This document shows positions 37,997 to 46,935 of a DNA stretch of 64,000 bases, piece by piece. The position numbers and the translations under genes were made by a program. Source of the DNA: an uncultured delta proteobacterium (GTDB lineage: Bacteria > Desulfobacterota > Binatia > Binatales > Binataceae); assembly GCA_963808235.1 (NCBI GenBank), contig CAWEEQ010000004.1, forward strand, positions 2,272,001 to 2,336,000, read 5' to 3'. The notes under the pieces were generated by a model. It worked only from the letters and a program-made list of their open reading frames with translations. It ran no database searches and was not told the origin of the DNA. The first letter of the stretch is position 1. The number at the start of each line of letters is the position of its first letter.

Positions 37997-39129
37997 ACTA
38001 CAAGGAATCGACGGTGGCTCGCGCGCGGCGGGTCGTGATCAAGGTCGGCAGCGCGGTGCTTTCCGAGGCCGCGGGACTGCGCTTCGACGTGATCGAGCGC
38101 CTGGCAAACCAGGTCGAAGCCGCAGTGAGCGCCGGCATGGAAATCGTGATCGTCACCTCGGGTGCGGTCGCGGCCGGGCGCGCGCGGATGGCGAAACTCC
38201 ATGGCGCGACGATCGCGGCGCGGCAGGCCGCGGCGGCGACCGGGCAAATCGAGCTGATGTCGGCGTGGGCGCGCGCATTCGGCGCGCACGATCGCGCGGT
38301 TGCACAGATTTTGCTCACCCATCAAGACTTAGCGGAACGGCGCCGGCGCGCGAACGCAACCTCGACTATCTCGGAGCTGCTCGGCGCGGGCGTGATCCCG
38401 ATCGTCAATGAGAACGACACGGTTGCGGTTGAGGAAATCCGGCTCGGCGACAACGACGTGCTGTCGTCGCTGGTCGCGAGCCTGGTGCAGGCGCAGCTAC
38501 TGATCCTGCTGAGCGACGTGGCCGGCGTTCTGACCGGCGACCCGCGCGAGCGCTCGGATGCGAGGCTGATTGCGGTGATTACCGATCCGGAAGCGGAGAT
38601 GCGCGGCCTCGTTGCCGAGAGCGCGGGACCGCTCGGGGTCGGCGGGATGGCGACCAAGCTGAAGGCGGCGCGGCAGGCGGCGCGCGCGGGAATCGCGGTG
38701 ATAATCTCGGATGGGCGCGAAGACGATGTTATCGCGATCGCGCTCGATCCGGCGCGCGAGACCGGCACGTTGATCGTGCCGGCGGGCGTGCGGCTGAAGA
38801 GCCGAAAGCATTGGATAGCGTTCGCGCTGCGCCCGGCGGGTTCGCTAGGCGTCGATCGCGGCGCGACGGAAGCGCTCTGCAATAAGGGCCGTTCGCTGCT
38901 ACCCTCGGGCGTCCGCGAGGTGCGCGGTGATTTCGGCGGCGGCGACTGCGTGAGCCTGCTCGATCCCGACGGCGTCGAGTTCGGCCGCGGACTGGTAAAC
39001 TATCCTGCGGCGGACGTGCTGAAGGTGGCGGGCCGGCGCTCGACGGAGATTCCGAACCTGCTCGGCTACAAGGTCGCCGACGAGATTATCCATCGCGACA
39101 ACTTCGTGCTGATGAAGGAACTCGGCTGA
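37984..39129 (+). CDS. proB: Glutamate 5-kinase
   Basis: VIKVGS, VTSGAV, NENDTV, GDND, GGMATKL, PUA domain. Confidence 0.96.
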   Translation: MSQLNYKESTVARARRVVIKVGSAVLSEAAGLRFDVIERLANQVEAAVSAGMEIVIVTSGAVAAGRARMAKLHGATIAARQAAAATGQIELMSAWARAFGAHDRAVAQILLTHQDLAERRRRANATSTISELLGAGVIPIVNENDTVAVEEIRLGDNDVLSSLVASLVQAQLLILLSDVAGVLTGDPRERSDARLIAVITDPEAEMRGLVAESAGPLGVGGMATKLKAARQAARAGIAVIISDGREDDVIAIALDPARETGTLIVPAGVRLKSRKHWIAFALRPAGSLGVDRGATEALCNKGRSLLPSGVREVRGDFGGGDCVSLLDPDGVEFGRGLVNYPAADVLKVAGRRSTEIPNLLGYKVADEIIHRDNFVLMKELG

Positions 39130-39138
39130 AGGAAGCAG

Positions 39139-40392
39139 ATGACGCTCGAATCGGAAGTAATTGGCGCACTGACTCGCGCACGCGCGGCAGCGCCGCGGAT
39201 GGCGCTGGCGACGACCGTCGAGAAAAACTCGGCGCTAAAAAAACTCGCGGATGCGATTCGCGCGTCCGCGGCCGACGTGATCGCCGCAAATCAAAAAGAT
39301 CTGAAGCGCGCCGCCGAGGACGGACGCACCGGCGCATTCGTCGAGCGCCTGACGCTCAGTCCCGCGCGGATCGAGGCGATGGCGCACAGCGTCGAGGAAG
39401 TCGCAGCGCTGCCCGACCCGGTTGGAGGCGTGATCGAGCGATCGACGCGTCCCAATGGTCTCGAAATCTCCAAGGTGCGGGTGCCGCTCGGCGTGATCGC
39501 GATGATCTACGAATCGCGTCCGAACGTCACCATCGACGCAGGCGCGCTCTGCTTCAAGGCAGGTAACACGGCCGTGTTGCGCGGCGGCAAGGAAGCTCTC
39601 GAGACCAACGCTTATCTCGCGAATTTGATTGGCGCGGCGCTGAAGGAAAGCGGCCTCAATCCCGACGCAGTGACGTTCATTCGCAATGTGGATCGCGAAG
39701 TAATCCAGATAATGAAGCGCCAAGGCGAATTGATCGACTTGATAATTCCGCGCGGCGGCCAGGCGTTGAAGGACGCGCTGAAGGGCTCGTCGGTCCCGAT
39801 CCTGCCGCATTTCGACGGACTCTGTCACACCTACGTCGATCGCGCGGCGGATCTGAAGATGGCGCTGGAAATTTGCGTTAATGCGAAATGTTCGCGGCCG
39901 TCGGTCTGCAATTCGATGGAAAACTTGGCTGTGCATCGCGAGGTCGCGGAGAAGTTCCTGCCCGAGCTTGGCAAGCGGATGAAAGCGGCAGGCGTCGAGC
40001 TGCGCGGCGACGATCGCACGCGGAAAATCATTCCCGACGCACGCCCCGCGACCGACGAGGATTGGGACACCGAGTACCTGGACATGATTCTCGCTGTGAA
40101 GGTTGTCGATTCGCTCGACGACGCGATCGCGTTTATCGAGCGCCACAGCTCGCATCTTGCCGACGCGATCGTCACCAGTGATCCGGAAGCTGCGCACCGC
40201 TTTGAACGCGAGGTCGATTCGGCTACCGTTTATGTGAACGCATCGACGCGGTTCACCGACGGCTTTGAGTTCGGCTTCGGCGCCGAAACCGGAATCTCCA
40301 CCAACCGCCTGCATGCGCGAGGCCCGATGGGGTTGAACGAGTTGACTACCTACAAGTACGTCATTTCCGGGAACGGACAGATCCGCGCCTGA
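39139..40392 (+). CDS. proA: Gamma-glutamyl phosphate reductase
   Basis: VPLGVI..IYESRPNV, VCN, NASTRFTDG, HARGPMGL. Confidence 0.96.
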   Translation: MTLESEVIGALTRARAAAPRMALATTVEKNSALKKLADAIRASAADVIAANQKDLKRAAEDGRTGAFVERLTLSPARIEAMAHSVEEVAALPDPVGGVIERSTRPNGLEISKVRVPLGVIAMIYESRPNVTIDAGALCFKAGNTAVLRGGKEALETNAYLANLIGAALKESGLNPDAVTFIRNVDREVIQIMKRQGELIDLIIPRGGQALKDALKGSSVPILPHFDGLCHTYVDRAADLKMALEICVNAKCSRPSVCNSMENLAVHREVAEKFLPELGKRMKAAGVELRGDDRTRKIIPDARPATDEDWDTEYLDMILAVKVVDSLDDAIAFIERHSSHLADAIVTSDPEAAHRFEREVDSATVYVNASTRFTDGFEFGFGAETGISTNRLHARGPMGLNELTTYKYVISGNGQIRA

Positions 40393-40434
40393 CAGGCGCG
40401 CGGGCACAAGTTAAAAGTTAAAAAGTCAAATCGT

Positions 40435-41073
40435 ATGCGGGTAGGATTGTTCGGCGGCAGTTTCAATCCGATCCACTTCGGTCATCTTCGCGCGGCCGAG
40501 GAAGATCGAGAGGCGCTCGGCCTCGACCTCGTTTATTTCATTCCGGCCGCATCGCCGCCGCACAAAGCAGCCGGCGATCTCGCCCCGGCGGAGCATCGGC
40601 TCGCGATGGTGCGTCTGGCGACCAAGGGCAACCGCCACTTCATGGCGTCAGACGTCGAGATTCGGCGCTCGGGAAGCTCGTACACTATCGAGACGATTCG
40701 ATACTTCCTGGCGACGCTGCGGCAACCCGCGTCGCTGTACCTGTTGATGGGTGCGGATCAGTTTGCGGAGCTCGCCACTTGGAAAGATCCCGAAGAGCTG
40801 GTGCGCCTCGCGAATATCGCGGTTCACACACGATTCATACAGGGAGAATCGGGGCACCCGCGAATTTCGGTTGCCGCGCTGAAACGGTTTGGCTACACTC
40901 GGGAAGACGATCATTACGTGCATGCGAGCGGAACCACGCTTTCATTTGTCGAAACTACTTTCTTTCCAATCTCGGCCACTGAAATACGCGGCAAGCTGCA
41001 GCGGAACGAATCGATCAGGTATCTCATGCCGGCCGACGTGTTCGATTACGTTCAGCGTCACTCTCTCTATTGA
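40435..41073 (+). CDS. nadD: Nicotinate-nucleotide adenylyltransferase
   Basis: GGSFNPIHFGH, SYTIET, MGAD, ISATEIR. Confidence 0.95.
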   Translation: MRVGLFGGSFNPIHFGHLRAAEEDREALGLDLVYFIPAASPPHKAAGDLAPAEHRLAMVRLATKGNRHFMASDVEIRRSGSSYTIETIRYFLATLRQPASLYLLMGADQFAELATWKDPEELVRLANIAVHTRFIQGESGHPRISVAALKRFGYTREDDHYVHASGTTLSFVETTFFPISATEIRGKLQRNESIRYLMPADVFDYVQRHSLY

Positions 41074-41167
41074 GGATCACTCTGCTTAGGCTTCTCTCCC
41101 TCACCGGATCGAATCGCAACCCCGCGGCAACTGCCGCGCAATTCTCTTCGCCCATAGGTACGGCTTA

Positions 41168-41557
41168 TTGAAAGCACTCGCGAAGGCATACGCCGCAGTC
41201 GAAGCGGCACTCGAAAAAAAAGCTTACGACCTGGTGGTGCTCGAGGCCGAGCATCTTAAACCCGTCGCCGACTACTTCCTGGTGGCGACCGGGCGATCCA
41301 ACGTGCAGGTGCAGGCGATCGCGCGCGGGATCGAGGAGCGGATGGGCAAGGCCGGGCAGCGGCCGCTCTCAGTCGAGGGGCTTCATCACGCGCATTGGGT
41401 CGTGCTCGACTACGATGACGTCGTGGTGCATCTTTTCTACGAGCCGGCACGTGAGTTCTATCGGCTCGAGCGGAATTGGATCGACGCGCGTGAAGTGAAA
41501 TTGCCGGAGCCGTTTCGCTCGCAGGCAGAGGGATTGAGAATCCGCGCGCTCGGCTAG
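41168..41557 (+). CDS. rsfS: Ribosome silencing factor
   Basis: EKKA, DYFLVATG, WVVLDYDDVVVHLF...REFYRLE..W. Confidence 0.94.
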   Translation: MKALAKAYAAVEAALEKKAYDLVVLEAEHLKPVADYFLVATGRSNVQVQAIARGIEERMGKAGQRPLSVEGLHHAHWVVLDYDDVVVHLFYEPAREFYRLERNWIDAREVKLPEPFRSQAEGLRIRALG

Positions 41558-41793
41558 ACGCTGCGGACGGCGTGAGCGATTGCGACCAGGATCACCGCCC
41601 CAACCGTAGCAACCACCAAGGCGCCAAGGGCGCCGTTGGGACTGTGAATAGCAAGCTTCTCGAAGACCCATCTGCCGATGACGCCGCCGATCAGGCCGAG
41701 CACAAGATCGGCAATCAGCCCAAAGCCACGACCGCGCACCACCTTGCCGGCGAGCCACCCGGCCAGAATTCCGATTACGATCGCGCCTAGCAT
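41554..41793 (-). CDS. GlsB/YeaQ/YmgE (transglycosylase-associated) membrane protein
   Basis: GILAGWLAG, GLIADLVLGLIGGVIG, VATVGAVIL. Confidence 0.88.
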   Translation of the reverse strand: MLGAIVIGILAGWLAGKVVRGRGFGLIADLVLGLIGGVIGRWVFEKLAIHSPNGALGALVVATVGAVILVAIAHAVRSV

Positions 41794-41824
41794 CGGTGGT
41801 TCCCCCTGATTCGGCGGCTCGCGG

Positions 41825-41944
41825 CTACTTCTTTTGTTCCATCGGGACGCCGCAGCATTTCAACTGACCGGTTCCGGCCTTGGTGACGATGACCTGTGAG
41901 GCGCAATTTCCGCAGATATAAACTTTGCCGAGCTGGTTAGCCAT
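41825..41944 (-). CDS. 39-aa desulforedoxin-like CxxC...CC protein (no tail)
   Basis: MANQLGKVYICGNCASQVIVTKAGTGQLKCCGVPMEQKK; RBS AGGA upstream. Confidence 0.85.
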   Translation of the reverse strand: MANQLGKVYICGNCASQVIVTKAGTGQLKCCGVPMEQKK

Positions 41945-41996
41945 TCTTAAATCCTGTCCTCTGTGTGCATTCTTGCACGAAAGCGTTTGCGAACGA

Positions 41997-42785
41997 TCAC
42001 GCGCCTCTGAATAGTGGTTTGCGCTTTTCCAGGAAAGCGCGCACGCCTTCGGCGCGGTCGGAAGTCGTTTGTAGCAGGGCGTATAGATCCTCCTCAAGTC
42101 TGATGCCCTGCTCCAACGTCATGTCGAAACCCTTCAGCACCGCGTCCTTGACCAGGCGGGTGGCAATTGGCGCGCGGCTCAAGATCGCCTCGGCGACGCG
42201 TCCACCCACTTGAGCCAGCTCGCCTCGACCTTTCGCGAGGTAGGTAACTAGACCGATGCGCATGGCCTCGTCGGCTCCCAGAGCCACTCCCGTGAGCATC
42301 ATTCGCAGCGCATTGCCGGCGCCGGCAAGCCGCGGCAAGCGCTGAGTAGCGCCGAAATGCGGCATCGCGCCGCGCTTCAAATGAGTGATCGCGAATCGGG
42401 CGCTTGAGATTGCGACGCGAATATCGGCCGCCAGGGCGAGTTCCAGGCCTTCGTCGAACGCGTCGCCGTTGATGATTGCGACGGTGGGCTTGGAAAGCAC
42501 GGCGAGCGACTCGACCAAGCGCGCATCCACGCCCGCGTCGAAGCCGACGCAAAAGGCGGCGCCGGCGCCGGTGATCGCGAGCACTCGCGCTTCGGGGTCG
42601 TCTTCGACTTGCTCGATCAGCTCGAGCATCCGCACTGCCATCGCGGGCGTCAGCTGCGCGCGCGCGCCCGCATGGCGAAGCGTCGCGGTGACGCACCGGC
42701 TTGCGAAGACGACTTCAACCGCGCCGCCCGAGGCGGTGGAGCGAGTGCGGCGACCCGAATCTTTTTTCGCGCGGCGGGGCGTCAG
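41997..42785 (-). CDS. Crotonase/enoyl-CoA hydratase family protein (degenerate active site)
   Basis: GLELALAADIR, GATQRLPRL, EGVRAFLEKRKP; frame stays open upstream to a CTG overlapping the ligase stop (ATG alternative at 42641). Confidence 0.85.
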   Translation of the reverse strand: MTPRRAKKDSGRRTRSTASGGAVEVVFASRCVTATLRHAGARAQLTPAMAVRMLELIEQVEDDPEARVLAITGAGAAFCVGFDAGVDARLVESLAVLSKPTVAIINGDAFDEGLELALAADIRVAISSARFAITHLKRGAMPHFGATQRLPRLAGAGNALRMMLTGVALGADEAMRIGLVTYLAKGRGELAQVGGRVAEAILSRAPIATRLVKDAVLKGFDMTLEQGIRLEEDLYALLQTTSDRAEGVRAFLEKRKPLFRGA

Positions 42786-44329
42786 ATGCCTCCGGCCGGT
42801 GCGCGCAGATCCTTGCGCAGGATCTTGCCGAGCGGATTTTTAGGCAGCGCGTCGATGAATTCGATGCTCTCGGGGCGCTTGAAGCTGGCAAGGCGAGATC
42901 GACAGAATTCCGCGAGCTCGGGCTGGCTTAGCTTCTGCCCCTTGCGCGCGACGACGAACGCCTTAACGGTCTGCCCCCACTCGATCGAAGGCACGCCGAT
43001 AACGGCGCATTCGTCGACCGCTGGATGACTCATCAGGACGGTCTCGATTTCCGCGGGCGCGATATTCTCACCGCCGCGGATGATCATGTCGTCCTTGCGT
43101 CCGGCGAAAAACACGTAGCCGTCGTCGTCAAGCCATCCGAGGTCGCCGGTCGCGCGCCATCCGTCGGGCAATCGCGCGTCGTCCTCGCGGCCTGCGTATC
43201 CCTTCATGATGCGCGGGGTGCGGATTATTATTTCGCCGACCTGCCCGTGGGGGAGAAACTTTCCATCTTCGTCCCGCACCTGGATCTCGACGTCGGGCAG
43301 GGGCTTGCCGATCGAATTGAGACGCTTCAGCTTGAGTTCGATTTCCTTGGCCGTGCCTTCAAGGCGATGGTCATCGGGGCCGAGCACGGTCAGCGAGGAC
43401 GTGGTTTCGGTCTGCCCGTACGCGTTCACGAAGCCGACCTTTTTCGGGAAGACTTCGATCGCGCGGCGAATCACCTGCACCGGCATCGCGGCGCCGCCGT
43501 AGGCAAGATTCGTAAGACTCGCGAAGTCGGTCTTCGCAAACGATGGCTCGTCGATAATCTGCTTCATCATGGTGGGCACCACGAAAGCATGGGTGACGCG
43601 TTCGCGCTGGACGAGCTCGAGCCACGCCTTCGCGTCGAACTGCGGCATCACGATAACTTTGCGCCCCGTCCAGATGTTGGTCATGTACGCGGTGGTGCCG
43701 GCGATGTGGTAAAAAGGCACGCACACCAGCGCAACGCCGCGATCGGTGCCGTCGGCCATCTCGACGTTGGCGGTCACGTAGGCCGCGAAATCGCGAAAGC
43801 GCAGCATCACGCCCTTGGGCAGCGAGGTGGTGCCGCTGGTGTACATCAGGATCGAAATATCTTCGTCTTCGACTTCGGCCTCGGAATCGTCGGGCTCGGC
43901 CTTCGCGACGAGATCCGCGAGCCGCACCATCCCTTTCGCGCCGTTGCCCAGCGCGACGATCTTGTCGAGCTTGAGCCGCGGCTGAATCCTGGCGATCAGA
44001 TCGAGATAGCGATCGCCGACAATCAGAACCTTCGCGTCGGCGGTGTTGATCATGTACTCGAGCTCGTTATCTTTCGCGCGATAGTTGAGCGGCAGGAAAG
44101 TCAGGCCAGCCTTGGCGGCGCCGTAGTAGCACTCGATGTAAAGATCGGAATTGGTGTCGAGCACCGCGATGACATCGCGCGGCTTGAGACCGAACTGTTT
44201 GAAGACGGTGCTCAGGCGCGCGACTCGATCGTTCAGCTCAGCATAAGTGAGCCGCGCCGCGCCGAAGACCAGGATCTCCTGCTCGGGCACGATCGACGCA
44301 GGGATCGTTACGAAGTTAACCGTGTTCAC
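42782..44329 (-). CDS. ANL-superfamily acyl-AMP/acyl-CoA ligase
   Basis: YTSGTTSLPKG, VPFYHIAG, AYGQTE, TGD, GRKDDMIIRGGENI, LPKNPLGK. Confidence 0.92.
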   Translation of the reverse strand: MNTVNFVTIPASIVPEQEILVFGAARLTYAELNDRVARLSTVFKQFGLKPRDVIAVLDTNSDLYIECYYGAAKAGLTFLPLNYRAKDNELEYMINTADAKVLIVGDRYLDLIARIQPRLKLDKIVALGNGAKGMVRLADLVAKAEPDDSEAEVEDEDISILMYTSGTTSLPKGVMLRFRDFAAYVTANVEMADGTDRGVALVCVPFYHIAGTTAYMTNIWTGRKVIVMPQFDAKAWLELVQRERVTHAFVVPTMMKQIIDEPSFAKTDFASLTNLAYGGAAMPVQVIRRAIEVFPKKVGFVNAYGQTETTSSLTVLGPDDHRLEGTAKEIELKLKRLNSIGKPLPDVEIQVRDEDGKFLPHGQVGEIIIRTPRIMKGYAGREDDARLPDGWRATGDLGWLDDDGYVFFAGRKDDMIIRGGENIAPAEIETVLMSHPAVDECAVIGVPSIEWGQTVKAFVVARKGQKLSQPELAEFCRSRLASFKRPESIEFIDALPKNPLGKILRKDLRAPAGGI

Positions 44330-45121
44330 TTAGGCGAGATTCCTCCCGGACGCCGGCATTTTCCGAGGCCTGGCCCGGCGGCGATTGTCGCGCGAATTTA
44401 TGTTCTCAAATCGTTTCGCGAGGCGCTGTTCGAGTTCGAGTCCCTCCCGCAGAGGCAGATCGAGCCCTTCCCACACCGCCAGCTTGAGCATCGCGGCCTG
44501 CTCACGGGCGACTCCGCCAAGCTCGCGTGCAATGGTGAGAGCGCGTGCATCCAACTCTGCCAAGGGAACCACTTCGGCGACCAAACCTACAAGTAACGCG
44601 TCTTGGGCGTCAATCCAACGGCCGGTGAGACAGAGATCTAGCGCGCGCCCGAGGCCGAGACGACGCGCGGCGGTCTGAGTGCCGGCGACTCCGGGAATCA
44701 TCCCGGCGCCGGTTTCGGGCAAGGAAATTCGAGTGTCGTCAGCGGCTATCGCAACGTCGCACAGCAGCGCCATCTCGAGTCCTCCGCCGACTGTGTAGCC
44801 GTGGATTGCGGCGACGGTCGGTATCGGCAGCGCTCGCATCATGCCCCAAACGTCGCGGCGAAAGCGCACCCATCGCGCAACGATCGGCGACGGCGCCATC
44901 CCGAATTCCGCGAGATCGCCGCCGGTCGAGAACGCTTTGCCGGCGCCGCGCAGTACCATCGCGCGGACCGTGGAGTCCTCGTGAACCGCGGCGAGGATTT
45001 GAAACAGCTCGTCGCGCATCGCCATGTTGTAGGCGTTGAACTGATCGGGGCGATTGAGCGTGACCCACGCTACCGCGCCGCGCTTGGCGTACAGCACCGC
45101 ACTGGAACCGTTTGAAGACAT
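44330..45121 (-). CDS. Enoyl-CoA hydratase/isomerase family protein
   Basis: TLNRP..FNA, AFSTGGDL, GGGLE, LPETGAGMIPG (both catalytic Glu present). Confidence 0.9.
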   Translation of the reverse strand: MSSNGSSAVLYAKRGAVAWVTLNRPDQFNAYNMAMRDELFQILAAVHEDSTVRAMVLRGAGKAFSTGGDLAEFGMAPSPIVARWVRFRRDVWGMMRALPIPTVAAIHGYTVGGGLEMALLCDVAIAADDTRISLPETGAGMIPGVAGTQTAARRLGLGRALDLCLTGRWIDAQDALLVGLVAEVVPLAELDARALTIARELGGVAREQAAMLKLAVWEGLDLPLREGLELEQRLAKRFENINSRDNRRRARPRKMPASGRNLA

Positions 45122-46680
45122 CAGCCCGAATGCAAGTCTGCGCTGTCGCTGCTCGCGATAGCGGGACGGCCGCGCTCATAAACAACGCGCCCGCCGACGA
45201 TAGTTATATCGACCGCGAGGTTCATCAGGTCGGCGGGCGGGAGCGAAAACGGGTCGCGCGGGAGAACGATCAGGTCGGCGACGCGGCCGGGTTCGATCGA
45301 GCCGGCGGCGACTTGCCCGAGATGCGCGGCGTCAGTCGTGAAGAGCGCGAACGCATCGGTGATCGAAAGCGCCTCGGCGGGCGCAAGCTCGAGGCCCTCG
45401 AGCGTGGTGCGTGATACCGCGGACGCAATCGCGGCAAGCGGCCTGGCAGGCGTAACCGGCGCGTCGGTAGCCCCCGCAAGATGCACTCCCGCGGCTTTGA
45501 GGCTTCGCGCGCGGTAGAGATGTGCGATCAGGCCGCCCTCTTCGGCGTACTTCGCGCCGCGAAAATGAATGAAGCCGGGATTGGTGACGACCCAGGAATT
45601 CATCGCGGCGAGCCGGTCGATATAGTTGGGCGGGATCAGTCCGCCATGCTCGATGCGAAACCGCGGAATCTCGTTTCGGCCGGCGTATCCTGCCTTTGCG
45701 GTTTCAATAGCGGCCAGCGCTTCTTCCAGTTCCTCGACCTCGGTCACATGAAATGCGCAATCGAGTCCGCGCGCCAGCGCGATTCCAACAGGACGCGAAA
45801 GGCCGGCGCGATCGTACTGATAGCCGGGCATGAACTTGACTCCGGCGAGCCTGATTCCCGCGGCGCCCGCGATCTGTTCGCATCGCTCGGCGGTTTCGAG
45901 ATGCTGCCCGCCGATCATCACGCCAACGTGCTGGCAAATTGCGCCCGACTGCGAAAGCTTCGCGAACAGTTCGACCTCGAAGAGACCGTTGCGAGTGGTC
46001 GCGTCGGTGAAGTTCGTCACGCCGGCCGCGGCCAATTCCCGGCTCATGATTCGCGCGCGCGATTCGGACTCCGCCGCGGTCACGGGCGGAAGATGCTGCG
46101 AGAGCCAGGTTTCCATGCCGACAACCAGGCCGGTCAACTTTCCGGCCGCGTCGCGAACCATGTTGGCACCGACGGGCTGCATGAAATCAGGAGCCTCGAG
46201 ACCGAGCAGCGCGATCGCGCGCGAGTTGAGCCACGTCGCGTGTAGCGTCTGATGTTTGAGTCGCAGCGGATTCTTCGGCACCGAATGATCGAGCTCGGCG
46301 CGCGTCAGCCCGCGCTTGTCGAGCATCAGCGCCTCATCGCATCCGAACGCGCGCAGCCAGTTTCCCGGCGGAGTCTTGCCGGCGGCGATTCGCAAATCGG
46401 CAAGCACGTCGCCAACCGCGCGGCATCGCTGCACAGAAATTCCCGTCGCGGCCGCAGCCGCTTCCAGAAAATGCAGATGCGAATCGATGAAGCCCGGCGC
46501 AACGGCGCGGCCCCCGAGTTTCAGCAGATGAGTTTGCGGTCCGACCAGCGGTTTTATTTCCGCGAATCTGCCCTGCGCGATGATTTGTCCGGCCGCGATT
46601 GCAATCGAGTCGACCCCCGGATGCCCGAGGACAAGACCTTCGTGCACAACCAGGTCGGCTTTCCCGGGGGCGGCGTCCAC
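45121..46680 (-). CDS. YtcJ-like amidohydrolase (amidohydrolase 3)
   Basis: PGFIDSHLH, AFH, RIEHG, ATDAP, GSIEPGRVADLIVL, TIVGGRVVY. Confidence 0.88.
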   Translation of the reverse strand: MDAAPGKADLVVHEGLVLGHPGVDSIAIAAGQIIAQGRFAEIKPLVGPQTHLLKLGGRAVAPGFIDSHLHFLEAAAAATGISVQRCRAVGDVLADLRIAAGKTPPGNWLRAFGCDEALMLDKRGLTRAELDHSVPKNPLRLKHQTLHATWLNSRAIALLGLEAPDFMQPVGANMVRDAAGKLTGLVVGMETWLSQHLPPVTAAESESRARIMSRELAAAGVTNFTDATTRNGLFEVELFAKLSQSGAICQHVGVMIGGQHLETAERCEQIAGAAGIRLAGVKFMPGYQYDRAGLSRPVGIALARGLDCAFHVTEVEELEEALAAIETAKAGYAGRNEIPRFRIEHGGLIPPNYIDRLAAMNSWVVTNPGFIHFRGAKYAEEGGLIAHLYRARSLKAAGVHLAGATDAPVTPARPLAAIASAVSRTTLEGLELAPAEALSITDAFALFTTDAAHLGQVAAGSIEPGRVADLIVLPRDPFSLPPADLMNLAVDITIVGGRVVYERGRPAIASSDSADLHSG

Positions 46681-46734
46681 GTCGAATCGTTCACCTTCAC
46701 CGCCTGCGCCGATGCGCGGCAGCGTTTCGATTTC

Positions 46735-46878
46735 CTAGTCGGAAGACGGAAGCGGCTTCGCTTCCTTGATTTTCATTTCGTTATCGCAACACTGCAGACC
46801 GCCGGGGCCGGCCTTGTTGCAGAGCACTTCGGTGCCGCATTTTTCGCACATGTAACGCTTGCCGAGTACGTTTGCCAT
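46735..46878 (-). CDS. 47-aa desulforedoxin-like CxxC...CC protein with C-terminal KEAKPLPSSD tail (not in ORF track)
   Basis: Hand translation MANVLGKRYMCEKCGTEVLCNKAGPGGLQCCDNEMKIKEAKPLPSSD*; RBS AGGAG upstream; paralogous to 41825-41944. Confidence 0.88.
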   Translation of the reverse strand: MANVLGKRYMCEKCGTEVLCNKAGPGGLQCCDNEMKIKEAKPLPSSD

Positions 46879-46935
46879 CTGGTCCGCTCCTGAAATCAGG
46901 CGATAAGCGCCTTTTGAGTAACTTAAAGTATCACT

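Noticed and set aside
41825-42097. 90-aa version of the small Cys protein
   Set aside because: The upstream part overlaps the crotonase gene; the RBS and the paralogue alignment support the ATG at 41944.
43025-44596. 523-aa plus-strand ORF, and similar long antisense ORFs (35182-36489, 39235-40407, 46942-48120, 52493-53569, 57480-58667)
   Set aside because: They lie antisense to genes with clear family motifs and have no motifs of their own; such shadow ORFs are expected in high-GC DNA.
46735-46878. Small Cys protein as a RiPP precursor or phosphopantetheinylated ACP
   Set aside because: No RiPP maturases or leader/core pattern in the operon, and no DSL-type motif or helical ACP fold; the CxxC...CC spacing fits a metal finger.
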